Below are positions 21,611 to 31,147 of a stretch of DNA of 64,000 nucleotides, one piece after another; position 1 is the stretch's first letter; each line of letters starts with the position of its first letter. This DNA comes from Candidatus Oxydemutatoraceae bacterium (GTDB lineage Bacteria; Pseudomonadota; Gammaproteobacteria; Poriferisulfidales; Oxydemutatoraceae). Where the stretch lies: contig OZ244717.1 of assembly GCA_965218975.1 (NCBI GenBank), forward strand, positions 1,248,001-1,312,000, given 5' to 3'. Made by a program: the position numbers and the translations under genes. The notes beneath the pieces were generated by a model. The model saw only the letters and a program-made list of their open reading frames with translations, had not been told where the DNA came from and ran no database searches.

Positions 21611-22375
21611 ATGAATACCCAAGCAAAGAATTTAGTCATAGGTAATTGGAAATTACACGGGTCGCAGCGGGAAAATATTTCTTTGATCAAGAGTCTCAAA
21701 TCAGCGCTTGATAATTTGCCTGCCGCTGAATTTGTTGTTTGCCCTCCGTATGTTTATTTACCGCAAGTCGGTGAATTGATTCAAGGAAGTAACATTATGC
21801 TGGGTGCGCAAAATGTATCCGATCAGGAGAGTGGGGCATTTACCGGTGAGGTATCGGCAGCAATGTTGGCTGAATTGAGCTGTCGCTACGTAATCGTCGG
21901 GCACATGGAAAGACGTACTCTTTATAGCGAAGACAATGCGTTGATCGCACGCAAATATACCGCTGTTCAAAAAGCCGGATTAGTACCGATTCTATGCGTT
22001 GGCGAAACGCTTGAGCAACATCGTCGAGGAGAAACGCAAACCGTGATTGCCGAACAACTGCAATCTTGCTTAAGCCCCTCTTGTGATTCTGCGCCGATTA
22101 TTGCGTATGAGCCAGGTTGGGCGATCGGTACCGGTCAGAGTGCGACTCCCGAGCAAATTTTGGAAGTGCATCGTTTCATAAGCGATTTCGTCAGTCAATT
22201 GATTCGGCAAGCATCTGTTTTACCTAGGGTGGTTTACGGTGGCAGCATAAAAACGGATAATGCGCGTATGTTGTTTGACATCAATTATGTGAATGGCGCT
22301 TTGGTAGGCGGCGCTTCACTGGATGCTTTAGCGTTCGGTTTGATTGCTCAGGCAGCTTGTAAAGGCGCCGCATAA
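21611..22375 (+). CDS. tpiA: Triosephosphate isomerase
   Basis: GNWK, GAFTGE, AYEP.WAIGTG, YGGS, LVGGASL. Confidence 0.96.
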   Translation: MNTQAKNLVIGNWKLHGSQRENISLIKSLKSALDNLPAAEFVVCPPYVYLPQVGELIQGSNIMLGAQNVSDQESGAFTGEVSAAMLAELSCRYVIVGHMERRTLYSEDNALIARKYTAVQKAGLVPILCVGETLEQHRRGETQTVIAEQLQSCLSPSCDSAPIIAYEPGWAIGTGQSATPEQILEVHRFISDFVSQLIRQASVLPRVVYGGSIKTDNARMLFDINYVNGALVGGASLDALAFGLIAQAACKGAA

Positions 22376-22395
22376 CCCAATACGGCAGTTTTTTT

Positions 22396-22764
22396 ATGTT
22401 ATATACAATTTTTTTAGTATTCGGTGTATTTTTAGCATTAGCTTTGGTCGTGCTTATTCTATTGCATCGCGGGCGCGGCGCCGATGTCGGCGCAGCATTT
22501 GGAGGCGGGGCTTCGGGGACTGTTTTCGGCGCCAAAGGAGCGACTTCTTTTCTTGGCAGAGTGATTAGTATTTTGTCAGTGCTATTTTTTGTGAACATTT
22601 TATCTTTGACTTATGTTGCTAATCGGGACTTTATAGGTGACGACATTGTCGAGCAAGTAGAAAATATTAATACCTTCACTGAGGATACAAACATTGATAC
22701 TGAGGCGCTGGTTGAAGAAGAAGGAGTAGGCGAAGCAACGGTGGCGCCTGAAGTTCCCAATTAG
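22396..22764 (+). CDS. secG: Preprotein translocase subunit SecG
   Basis: GRGADVGAAFGGGASGTVFG between two TM helices; follows tpiA. Confidence 0.95.
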   Translation: MLYTIFLVFGVFLALALVVLILLHRGRGADVGAAFGGGASGTVFGAKGATSFLGRVISILSVLFFVNILSLTYVANRDFIGDDIVEQVENINTFTEDTNIDTEALVEEEGVGEATVAPEVPN

Positions 22765-22789
22765 CGGCATTTCAGTTTTTTAATACCAA

Positions 22790-22874
22790 GCCGATGTGGT
22801 GGAACAGGTAGACACGCTGTCTTGAGGGGGCAGTGGCTTCGGCCGTGCCGGTTCGAGTCCGGCCATCGGCACCA
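22790..22874 (+). tRNA. tRNA-Leu (GAG)
   Basis: GCCGATG/CATCGGC acceptor stem, CTGTC-TT-GAG-GG-GGCAG anticodon arm, long variable arm, GTTCGAGTC, CCA. Confidence 0.96.
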
Positions 22875-23024
22875 CAATGTGGTGCATCTATACAATCACC
22901 CTCAAATTTATTTTAGTATGAGTGATATCCTCTTACTAGGAAATCATGATACCCATAAAGTGCATCATATAATGCATAAGTCTTTTGTAGATTCTCGTAT
23001 ATAATGAAACCCTTGACAATTTGG

Positions 23025-23101
<77 letters not shown>

Positions 23102-23229
23102 CACAATTAATCGCTGTTGAGTGTTAATTTTCTGCTACTGCTCGGCTTTTTGTACTGTAATTCTCTTGCGGGAGGCTGCGGTTGTATAAAGACGGATACA
23201 TACCGAGAAATATTTTTCAATTGTACCGT

Positions 23230-23510
23230 TGTACGATGCCACCCTGGTAGGATTCTTGCAGGGTGAGACGCGCCCGGAAAACCGAACGGTTTTCAGCGGC
23301 GAACGACCCGACAAGGACGTCGGGGCTGGGGCTCATTGACAGAACCAAGTTGCGTCATGGACGACGTGTACTTTGCTAATAATCCGGCACAATCCACCGA
23401 CAACCCTGCTACCAAACACAAAAAGGTTTCAAATATTTCTGAGCTTATGCAGCATACCGGTTACCTTTTCGAGTCGTGCCGTGAGTCCCGTATGTATATG
23501 ACACTATGCA
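23230..23510 (-). mobile_element. Internally deleted IS481-like element carrying one copy of the hairpin repeat (23258-23431)
   Basis: TGTACGATGCCAC right end at 23230; left-end homology to 7776 at 23452-23510 and to 47274 at 23432-23451. Confidence 0.8.
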
Positions 23511-24106
23511 GTCTGCATCAGGTTCAGGATGCCCTGCAAGTTCCTAACATGTAGCTCAAGTGTGTTATTGCCTATCCGAAATTGTGATGGGAAGTTGATT
23601 GCTAATCGCCATTCTTTTTCGCCTGCAAACTCGCGAGGTTTAGAAAAGTACTTGCGGTTCCATGATTCGCTAGGCCCAGGATCAGTTTCAAGCTGTTCGA
23701 CCTTGCCGTACTCAATTTTTTGGAAGCTTATATGGCTCCCTTTTACTATGGAGCAAATATTTTCGACTCGTTTCTCCAGTTCGGTTAGACCCGAAATCTC
23801 GAAAATATATTTTCCAAATTTTGTTAACGGAATTTCACTAAAGCTCAGCATGAAAAACGGTATGATCGGGACGTCACTGTCGTCATCAAGATCATGACAG
23901 ATTTGTCCATTGGGCAATTTATATGATCCGATCCCTTCTGAAGGGTCTGCAGACAAATCTTCCCCAGGTTCACGAAAATACCTGGGCGATCGGAACCAAA
24001 GTATTCCTTTCAGATGATTGTAGAGTGCCTCTCTACTATTAGTTGTCCGGAAAAGAGTGGCCGGAAGTTCGGTCATACTTCTTTTGCTGTGGTTGGCGAT
24101 ATTCAT
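23504..24106 (-). CDS. Hypothetical protein (weak DUF2971-like K...F..E.EWR motif)
   Basis: 200-aa ORF; YFSKPREFAGEKEWRL; stop codon lies in the IS end. Confidence 0.6.
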   Translation of the reverse strand: MNIANHSKRSMTELPATLFRTTNSREALYNHLKGILWFRSPRYFREPGEDLSADPSEGIGSYKLPNGQICHDLDDDSDVPIIPFFMLSFSEIPLTKFGKYIFEISGLTELEKRVENICSIVKGSHISFQKIEYGKVEQLETDPGPSESWNRKYFSKPREFAGEKEWRLAINFPSQFRIGNNTLELHVRNLQGILNLMQTA

Positions 24107-24393
24107 GAAGTTGCGTTGTAAGGGAATCTCTTTAATTTGCCGAATAATGGATTGATAAGCTATCCTACTATAGAATAGCCAACAAGCACGATATAGTTTT
24201 CAGTTCATACCTTTTAATAGCGCGCGAGTGTACGGCAAGCGAACCAAAGCCAAGCTACAAGATCGGGGGCTGCCTCAAGGAATTGAGAGCTGTGAAAATA
24301 GCAAACAACGCGAACCAAAATCCGATCACCGAGATCCTCATAAATCGCCGAAGTTTTTGAGGTTGATATTGGTGATTTAATACGGAAGTAATT

Positions 24394-27300
24394 ATGGCCG
24401 ATCATTCCGACCTGACGTTTATCACGAACGAAAAGGGGCAAAGTCTCCTTGAGCGTTTCAAGGTGTTGATCAAAGACACCGAATTTTTTGATGTCCTGGT
24501 CGGCTACTTTTTTACTAGCGGCTTTCATGCTCTCCATAAACCGTTGGAGAGAACAAAGAAAATTAGAATCCTCACCGGTATCGGCACCGACAGGCAAACG
24601 CTCGATCTGATAAAGCAAGCCAAACAGCAGGAGCTCCGATTTTCCCATGCAGAAACCAAAGAGTGTTTTTCCGGCTGCTTGGTTAACGAGATGGAAAATT
24701 CCGAAGACAGCAAGAAGCTTGAAGAAGGAGTAGAGAAGTTTTTGGAGTGGCTGCGAAGCGGAAAACTGGAGATCAGAGCGTATCCGACGAAGAATGTCCA
24801 TGCCAAGCTCTACATTATGTCGTTTATTGAAGGTGATCGCGACGTCGGTCGTGTAATCACCGGTTCAAGCAACTTCACGCAATCCGGTTTGGTGGACAAC
24901 CTTGAGTTTAATGCAGAGCTCAAGATGCGCGCGGACTATGACTTTGCCAAGCAAAGGTTCGAGGATCTCTGGGAAAACGCCGTTGACGTGAGCGACAAAT
25001 ACGTTCAAACCATCCGAGAAAAAACCTGGCTTAACGACACCATCACGCCATACCAACTTTATCTCAAATTCCTCTACGAGTATTTCAGAGATGAGCTGCG
25101 CCAATCCGATGAGGTAATTTTCAAATACGTTCCGACGGAGTTTAAGCATCTGGAGTATCAACGGCAGGCCGTATTGAATGCCAAAAAAATTCTGGAGGAG
25201 CACGGCGGCGTGTTTCTCTCGGATGTCGTAGGCCTCGGAAAAACCTATGTGTCCGCAATGCTTGCAGATCAGCTTGACGGCAGAAACCTCGTCTTGGCGC
25301 CACCCATTCTGCTTGATGAAACCAACCCCGGTTCTTGGAAAAATGTCTTCTCGGATTTTCACGTGCCCGCGGCCTTCGAATCGCTCGGCAAGCTGGAACA
25401 GCTCACGCGCCGCGGCACGGAAAAATACAAAAATATCTTCATAGACGAGGCACACCGTTTCCGCACAGAATCAAACGTCACTTATGAAAAACTGGCGCAG
25501 ATTTGCCGCGGCAAGAGGGTTGTGCTTGTTACGGCAACTCCGCTCAACAACACGCCGAAGGACATATTGAGCCAAATTAAGCTGTTTCAAAATGCGAGGA
25601 AAAGTACCATCCCAGGCATGTCCGACCTGGAGTCGTTTTTTGGTCGACTGGAGCAGAAAATCAAAAAGCTGGATCGCCAAAAAGACCGCGCCGAATACAT
25701 GCAAACCGCGAAGGAAAATGCGCGGGAGGCTCGCGAGTCCGTTTTGAAATACCTCATGGTACGGCGCACAAGAAAGGAAATTGAAAATTACTTTGCCGAC
25801 GACTTGAAAAGTCAGAAGCTCAAATTTCCCAAGGTAGAGAATCCGCAACCGGCTTTCTATCAGCTCAACGCGGAAGAAAGCAAGGTGTTTGACAAGACCG
25901 TCGGATTCATTGCCGGGCAACTCTGTTACGCGCGCTATATACCTATGTCCTACTACGAGGGCGAGGACAGGCCGAGCTCGTTTGAGATACAGGCGCAGAA
26001 AAACATGGGCAGTTTCATGAAAATTTTGTTCATCAAGCGGCTGGAGAGCAGTTTTTACGCCTTCCGAAAGACAGTCAACCGTTTTATTTCAAACTACGAA
26101 TTGTTCCTCAAAGCGTTGGAGGAAGGCAATGTTTACGTCAGCAAAAAGCACTCCAACAAAATCTTTGAGCTCCTTGGCAACGACGACGACGAAGCCATTC
26201 AAAAACTCCTTGAGAGCGATAAAGCAAGAAAGTATTCGGCAAAGGATTTTAGCGACGCGCTAAAGCAAGACCTGGAAAATGACCTTGCAATTCTGCGGGA
26301 AATTCAAAGACTGTGGCGCGGTGTGAAGCGCGATCCGAAACTCCTCTTCTTTGTAAAACTTCTTTTGACCCACCCTGTTTTGAAGCAAAACAAGCTTATT
26401 GTTTTTACCGAGGCTAAAGAAACTGCCGACTATCTTGCCGAGAATCTCGAGGAAAAACTCCCGGGCGAAGCGCTTGTTTTCACCGGCACTTCAAGCGCGG
26501 AGACCCGGCAAAAAGTTATTGAAAATTTTGACGCGCGCGCCCGTTTTCCTAAAGACGATTACAGAATCCTCATCGCAACCGAAGTGTTGTCGGAAGGCGT
26601 GAATCTGCACCGCTCCAACGTAGTCGTCAACTACGATATTCCGTGGAATCCGACCCGGCTCATGCAACGTGCCGGACGGATTAACCGCGTGGATACCTCG
26701 TTTGATACAATATACAGCTTCAACTTTTTTCCGACCGAAGAGTCAAACGATCAAATCAAGCTCAAAGAAGCCGCCGAGGCAAAGATACAGGCGTTTATCA
26801 CGCTTTTAGGCGCCGATGCGCAGATTCTTACCGATGGAGAAGTCATTGAATCGCATGAGCTTTTCAACCGGCTGATTTCCAAAAAGACCATTACCGGCGA
26901 GGACGATGAAGCAGAAAGCGAATTGAAGTATTTGCAAGTTATTCGGGGTATTCGCGACAACGACCCCGACTTATTTGAGAAAATAAAGCGTCTGCCGAAG
27001 AAAGCGCGCACTGCCAGAAAGGGCCCGCCTGCGTATGGGGACGCACAGGCAGGCCTGAAAGAAAATCAGCTCTTGACATATTTTAGAAAGAGCAAGTTAC
27101 AGAAATTTTTCTTGGTCGGCAAAGACAACCCGGAAGAGCTTGACTTCATGAGCGCGGCAAGCCGGCTTGAAGCCGAAGCGCAAGTCAGGCGGGAAAAACC
27201 GCCCGCTGATTTCTACGACAAGCTTGAGAAAAACAAACAAGCCTTTTTCTTTGCCACAAGCGAAGCAGCGGAGGAACTCAAAAGCGCTCCGCGCAGTGGC

Positions 27301-27618
27301 CGGGACAGCGCTATGCAAGCGCTCAGGATCCTTAAGGCGTTAAGAGACTTACGGCAATATACCGAAGACCAGGAAGCGTATCTCAACAGAGTGATGAACC
27401 GATTGGAAGAAGACGCTTTGCCGAAGCAGACGGCAAGCGCTGTGCTCAAGGCGCTCAACACAGAGCTCCGGTCCGGCAGGCCAAGCCCGCTTAAAGTGCT
27501 CGCGATTTTGCGCAACAACATCCCGGATGAATTTCTGAAAAGCCACATTACAGAAAGCGCCGCGCACACATCCGGACCGAGGGAAGTCATTTTGTCCGAA
27601 TACCTGATCAGCGAATAA
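24394..27618 (+). CDS. PLD-nuclease / SNF2-like helicase fusion associated with RM methyltransferase
   Basis: HAKLY...ITGSSNFT (PLD), SDVVGLGKT, IDEAH, TATP, LSEGVNL, QRAGRINR. Confidence 0.9.
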   Translation: MADHSDLTFITNEKGQSLLERFKVLIKDTEFFDVLVGYFFTSGFHALHKPLERTKKIRILTGIGTDRQTLDLIKQAKQQELRFSHAETKECFSGCLVNEMENSEDSKKLEEGVEKFLEWLRSGKLEIRAYPTKNVHAKLYIMSFIEGDRDVGRVITGSSNFTQSGLVDNLEFNAELKMRADYDFAKQRFEDLWENAVDVSDKYVQTIREKTWLNDTITPYQLYLKFLYEYFRDELRQSDEVIFKYVPTEFKHLEYQRQAVLNAKKILEEHGGVFLSDVVGLGKTYVSAMLADQLDGRNLVLAPPILLDETNPGSWKNVFSDFHVPAAFESLGKLEQLTRRGTEKYKNIFIDEAHRFRTESNVTYEKLAQICRGKRVVLVTATPLNNTPKDILSQIKLFQNARKSTIPGMSDLESFFGRLEQKIKKLDRQKDRAEYMQTAKENAREARESVLKYLMVRRTRKEIENYFADDLKSQKLKFPKVENPQPAFYQLNAEESKVFDKTVGFIAGQLCYARYIPMSYYEGEDRPSSFEIQAQKNMGSFMKILFIKRLESSFYAFRKTVNRFISNYELFLKALEEGNVYVSKKHSNKIFELLGNDDDEAIQKLLESDKARKYSAKDFSDALKQDLENDLAILREIQRLWRGVKRDPKLLFFVKLLLTHPVLKQNKLIVFTEAKETADYLAENLEEKLPGEALVFTGTSSAETRQKVIENFDARARFPKDDYRILIATEVLSEGVNLHRSNVVVNYDIPWNPTRLMQRAGRINRVDTSFDTIYSFNFFPTEESNDQIKLKEAAEAKIQAFITLLGADAQILTDGEVIESHELFNRLISKKTITGEDDEAESELKYLQVIRGIRDNDPDLFEKIKRLPKKARTARKGPPAYGDAQAGLKENQLLTYFRKSKLQKFFLVGKDNPEELDFMSAASRLEAEAQVRREKPPADFYDKLEKNKQAFFFATSEAAEELKSAPRSGRDSAMQALRILKALRDLRQYTEDQEAYLNRVMNRLEEDALPKQTASAVLKALNTELRSGRPSPLKVLAILRNNIPDEFLKSHITESAAHTSGPREVILSEYLISE
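27022..27055. repeat. Short palindromic element in frame within helicase gene
   Basis: GGCCCGCCTGCGT-ATGGGG-ACGCACAGGCAGGCC hairpin. Confidence 0.7.
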
Positions 27619-30600
27619 TGCAAAAAGCAGCCGCTCAAAGACTGGTACGGGAGACATTGCAAGATTCTTTTGACCGGGAGCACTTCGTTTGGTTGGTCAA
27701 AAATGTCCTCAACAAATTTGACGAGTCTAAAGCACTCCATGCACGCGGATATGTTAAGGAAAAATTCAAAAATACAGTCCGAACCTACGAGCGTATCGGT
27801 ACCTACACTGATGCCAACGACAAGAACAACGACAAGAAAATAGATTTGCTCATCGTGCATTTGCAAAGAGCCAGCTCTATTGAACGAGCGAGAACCTCCC
27901 TGCGCAATTTTGTTGCTGACTACCTAAAGCAGCGAGGTATGAAAGACGCAGCGCTGGTAGCATTTGTCGCGCCCAATGGCGCCGACTGGCGTTTCTCCTT
28001 CGTCAAGATGGAGTACAAATTCGATGAGGAAGGCAAAGTTAAAGAGGAATTCACTCCGGCCCGGCGCTACTCCTTTCTGGTCGGAGAAAATGAAAACAGC
28101 CACACTGCGCAAAGCCGTCTTGTGCCGATTCTCTTAAACGATGAAGTCAATCCGACACTTGAACAACTGGAAGAAGCTTTTAGCGTTGAGCGGGTCACCA
28201 AAGAATTTTTTGAGAAGTACCACGACCTCTTTTCATGGCTCAAAGGATTGCTTGACGATGGTGTCGAGAAAGACGCCAAAATCAAAGCCGATTTCAAAGA
28301 GAAAAACATTAGTAGCGCAGACTTTGCCAAGAAACTCCTGGGCCAGATCGTGTTCCTTTACTTCCTTCAAAAGAAGGGCTGGTTCGGTGTTGCGCGCGAT
28401 CAGGAATGGGGGTCGGGCTCCAGGCGTTTTCTGAGAGAACTCTTCGAAAAGAAGCACGGCAGTTACAGAAACTTTTTCAACGATATTTTAGAGCCGCTTT
28501 TCTACGAAGCGCTGCGTCTTGAACGCCCCTCCGATGACTACTACAGTCGCTTCAAATGTCGCATTCCGTTTCTAAACGGCGGACTTTTTGATCCGTTGGG
28601 CGACTACGATTGGCAGAAGACGAACATCCTCCTACCCGACGATCTTTTCTCCAACGATCGCAAGACCAAAGAGGGCGACGAGGGCGACGGAGTTTTGGAT
28701 ATCTTTGACCGCTACAACTTCACCGTCAAAGAAGACGAGCCGTTGGAAAAAGAGGTTGCCATTGATCCGGAAATGCTCGGCAAAGTCTTTGAAAATATCT
28801 TGGAGGCCAAAGACCGCAAATCCAAAGGCACCTATTACACCCCGCGTGAAATTGTGCACTACATGTGTCAGGAAAGTCTGATCAACTATCTGGCGGCCGA
28901 GCTTGGCCTGTCTGCGGGGAGCAAACAGACAGACGAAGGCATCAGCAAAGAAGATATCGAAACGCTCATTAAATACGGCGAGGCTGCAACGGAGCACGAC
29001 AGCCGCGTGGTAGACAAAGGTCGCGAGACGGAAAGGTATCCCTTCAAACTTCCTCAGAGCGTGCGCGAGCGCGCCCAACTCATCGACGACAAGCTCGCCG
29101 CGGTCCGTGTTTGCGACCCGGCGGTCGGCTCCGGCGCGTTTCCGGTCGGTATGATGAACGAAATCGTCAGGACTCGGAACACCCTCACGGCTTACCTGCC
29201 CGCGCGTCCCACACAGACAGACCTATCTACGGACGTACAGGTGAACAAAAACGAACAACGCAGCCCGTATCACTTCAAACGCCACGCGATTCAAAACTGT
29301 CTCTACGGCGTGGACATTGACCCGGGCGCCGTGGAAATCACCAAGCTCCGCTTGTATCTTTCTCTTGTTGTGGACGAAGAAGAACGCGACAACATCCGGC
29401 CGCTGCCGAACCTTGATTATAAAATTGTGCAAGGCAATTCGCTTTTAAGCGTGGACGTAAAAGAAGATATTTTCCGCAGGAGATTGTTCTTCCCCAAACT
29501 GGAAGAACTCAAAACGCTCTATTTCAGTGAAACTAACGCCGGCAAAAAGCAGGAATACCGCAAACAGATCAACGACCGCATCAGCTGGATTAACGGCGGC
29601 CAAAAGAGTTTTAGTTTTGAAGTGTACTTCTCGGAGGTATTTCACGATCTGCCTATCGCAACGCAGGCGGGTCTATCTGCGTGCGGAAACGCGCGGGCAG
29701 GGAAAAGCGGGTTTGATGTGGTGATTGCCAATCCGCCGTATGTTAAAGAGTACGTTAACCGCTCCGCATTTGATGGTCTCAGAAACTCGCCATACTATCA
29801 AGGCAAAATAGATCTATGGTACATGTTTGCGTGTGGGGCCATAGATGTATTGAAGGAGCATGGCATTCTGGCATTTATTGCTCAGAATAACTGGGTTACC
29901 AGCCACGGCGCTTCAAAAATGAGAAACAAGATAATGAGAGACACTCAGATTTTAAATCTCTCTGATTTTGGCGCTTTCAAAATTTTTGAGGCCGGTATTC
30001 AAACAATGGTAATGATATTCCAAAAGAATGCCGAGTTAGAAAACTATTCATTCGATTATAGAAGACTCTTGGGTGATGATCTTGAAATAAGCAATGTTGT
30101 AGCACTGCTGAACAAACGGAAGAGTGCCAAAATAGAATACTTGACTCCAGAAATTGAGAAAGCTCGATTTATAGACAAGCCACTTACATTTAGCTCTTCT
30201 GATATTCAGCGGATACTTGGGAAAATTTTAGAAAACTCTAATTTCAATATGGATTCGATTGAGGAAGTTGCGCAAGGTATCGTATCACCACAAGATTATG
30301 TCAATAGAGCAAGCCAAAAAGCTCTAGGCGAGAATTTCAAAATTGGTGCGGGAATTTTTACGTTATCCACTGATGAACTTAAGGCGCTACCATTATCCAG
30401 AAATGAGTTACAACTCATTAGACCCTTTTATACAACTGATGAATTGAGTAGATGGCAAGCTAATTCTCACAACCAAAGATGGATTATCTATACAGACTCA
30501 AGCTTCAAAAACAAGAAAAAATTAAAGAACTATCCAAACGTAAAAAAACACCTTGACCAATTTAAAAAAGTTATCACTTCAGACAATGGCCCCTATGGGC

Positions 30601-31061
30601 TTCACAGAGCACGAAATGAATACTTCTTTAAGGGAGAAAAAATTATTGCGGTCAGGAAATGCGCGCGTCCTACTTTTACTTATGTTTATTTTGATAGTTA
30701 TGTATCAGCAACTTTTTACATCATCAAAACAAAGCGCGTCAATCAAAAATATCTTGTTGGGCTTTTGAATTCACAATTGATTGCATTCTGGTTAAGGCAT
30801 AAGGGGAAAATGCAAGGCACAAATTATCAGGTTGACAAAGAACCCCTTGTTAACCTTCCTCTTATCAGGCCAGATCTAGAAGTGCAGAGAACAGCAGAGC
30901 GAATAGTCAACAAAATCTTTGCTATCACCAAAGAAGACGACTATTTAGAAAACGCCACCAAGCAAGTCAAGGTCCGCGAGCACGAAAAACAAATTGACCG
31001 ATTAGTTTATAAACTTTACGGGCTTACCGAAGATGAAATCAAAATTATGGAAGGCAAATAA
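27618..31061 (+). CDS. Type IIG/Eco57I-like N6-adenine methyltransferase with C-terminal TaqI-like target recognition domain
   Basis: FLNGGLF, GTYYTPRE, DPAVGSGAF, YGVDID, IANPPYV, GLLNS, LYGLT. Confidence 0.92.
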   Translation: MQKAAAQRLVRETLQDSFDREHFVWLVKNVLNKFDESKALHARGYVKEKFKNTVRTYERIGTYTDANDKNNDKKIDLLIVHLQRASSIERARTSLRNFVADYLKQRGMKDAALVAFVAPNGADWRFSFVKMEYKFDEEGKVKEEFTPARRYSFLVGENENSHTAQSRLVPILLNDEVNPTLEQLEEAFSVERVTKEFFEKYHDLFSWLKGLLDDGVEKDAKIKADFKEKNISSADFAKKLLGQIVFLYFLQKKGWFGVARDQEWGSGSRRFLRELFEKKHGSYRNFFNDILEPLFYEALRLERPSDDYYSRFKCRIPFLNGGLFDPLGDYDWQKTNILLPDDLFSNDRKTKEGDEGDGVLDIFDRYNFTVKEDEPLEKEVAIDPEMLGKVFENILEAKDRKSKGTYYTPREIVHYMCQESLINYLAAELGLSAGSKQTDEGISKEDIETLIKYGEAATEHDSRVVDKGRETERYPFKLPQSVRERAQLIDDKLAAVRVCDPAVGSGAFPVGMMNEIVRTRNTLTAYLPARPTQTDLSTDVQVNKNEQRSPYHFKRHAIQNCLYGVDIDPGAVEITKLRLYLSLVVDEEERDNIRPLPNLDYKIVQGNSLLSVDVKEDIFRRRLFFPKLEELKTLYFSETNAGKKQEYRKQINDRISWINGGQKSFSFEVYFSEVFHDLPIATQAGLSACGNARAGKSGFDVVIANPPYVKEYVNRSAFDGLRNSPYYQGKIDLWYMFACGAIDVLKEHGILAFIAQNNWVTSHGASKMRNKIMRDTQILNLSDFGAFKIFEAGIQTMVMIFQKNAELENYSFDYRRLLGDDLEISNVVALLNKRKSAKIEYLTPEIEKARFIDKPLTFSSSDIQRILGKILENSNFNMDSIEEVAQGIVSPQDYVNRASQKALGENFKIGAGIFTLSTDELKALPLSRNELQLIRPFYTTDELSRWQANSHNQRWIIYTDSSFKNKKKLKNYPNVKKHLDQFKKVITSDNGPYGLHRARNEYFFKGEKIIAVRKCARPTFTYVYFDSYVSATFYIIKTKRVNQKYLVGLLNSQLIAFWLRHKGKMQGTNYQVDKEPLVNLPLIRPDLEVQRTAERIVNKIFAITKEDDYLENATKQVKVREHEKQIDRLVYKLYGLTEDEIKIMEGK
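28905..29702. repeat. Three clusters of short palindromic elements (28905-28934, 29195-29243, 29649-29702) in frame within the MTase gene
   Basis: CCTG(C/T)CTG...CAG(G/A)CAG(G/A)-like stems, single or tandem. Confidence 0.65.
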
Positions 31062-31062
31062 G

Positions 31063-31144
31063 CCCCGCCTGTGTGAAGGTGCTCGCAGACAGACTTGTCC
31101 GCGTGTAACACGTAGGCGGGCCTGCCCGATGTTATTAGTAGGGT
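31063..31144. repeat. Tandem of three degenerate palindromic elements directly after the MTase stop
   Basis: CCCGCCTG..CAGACAGA / CTTGTCCG..TAGGCGGG / CCTGCCCG.. Confidence 0.55.
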
Positions 31145-31147
31145 GAA

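Noticed and set aside
24214-24801. 195-aa minus-strand ORF
   Set aside because: Mostly antisense shadow of the helicase gene; the same applies to 24865-25455, 27213-27866, 43191-43865 and 14074-14712.
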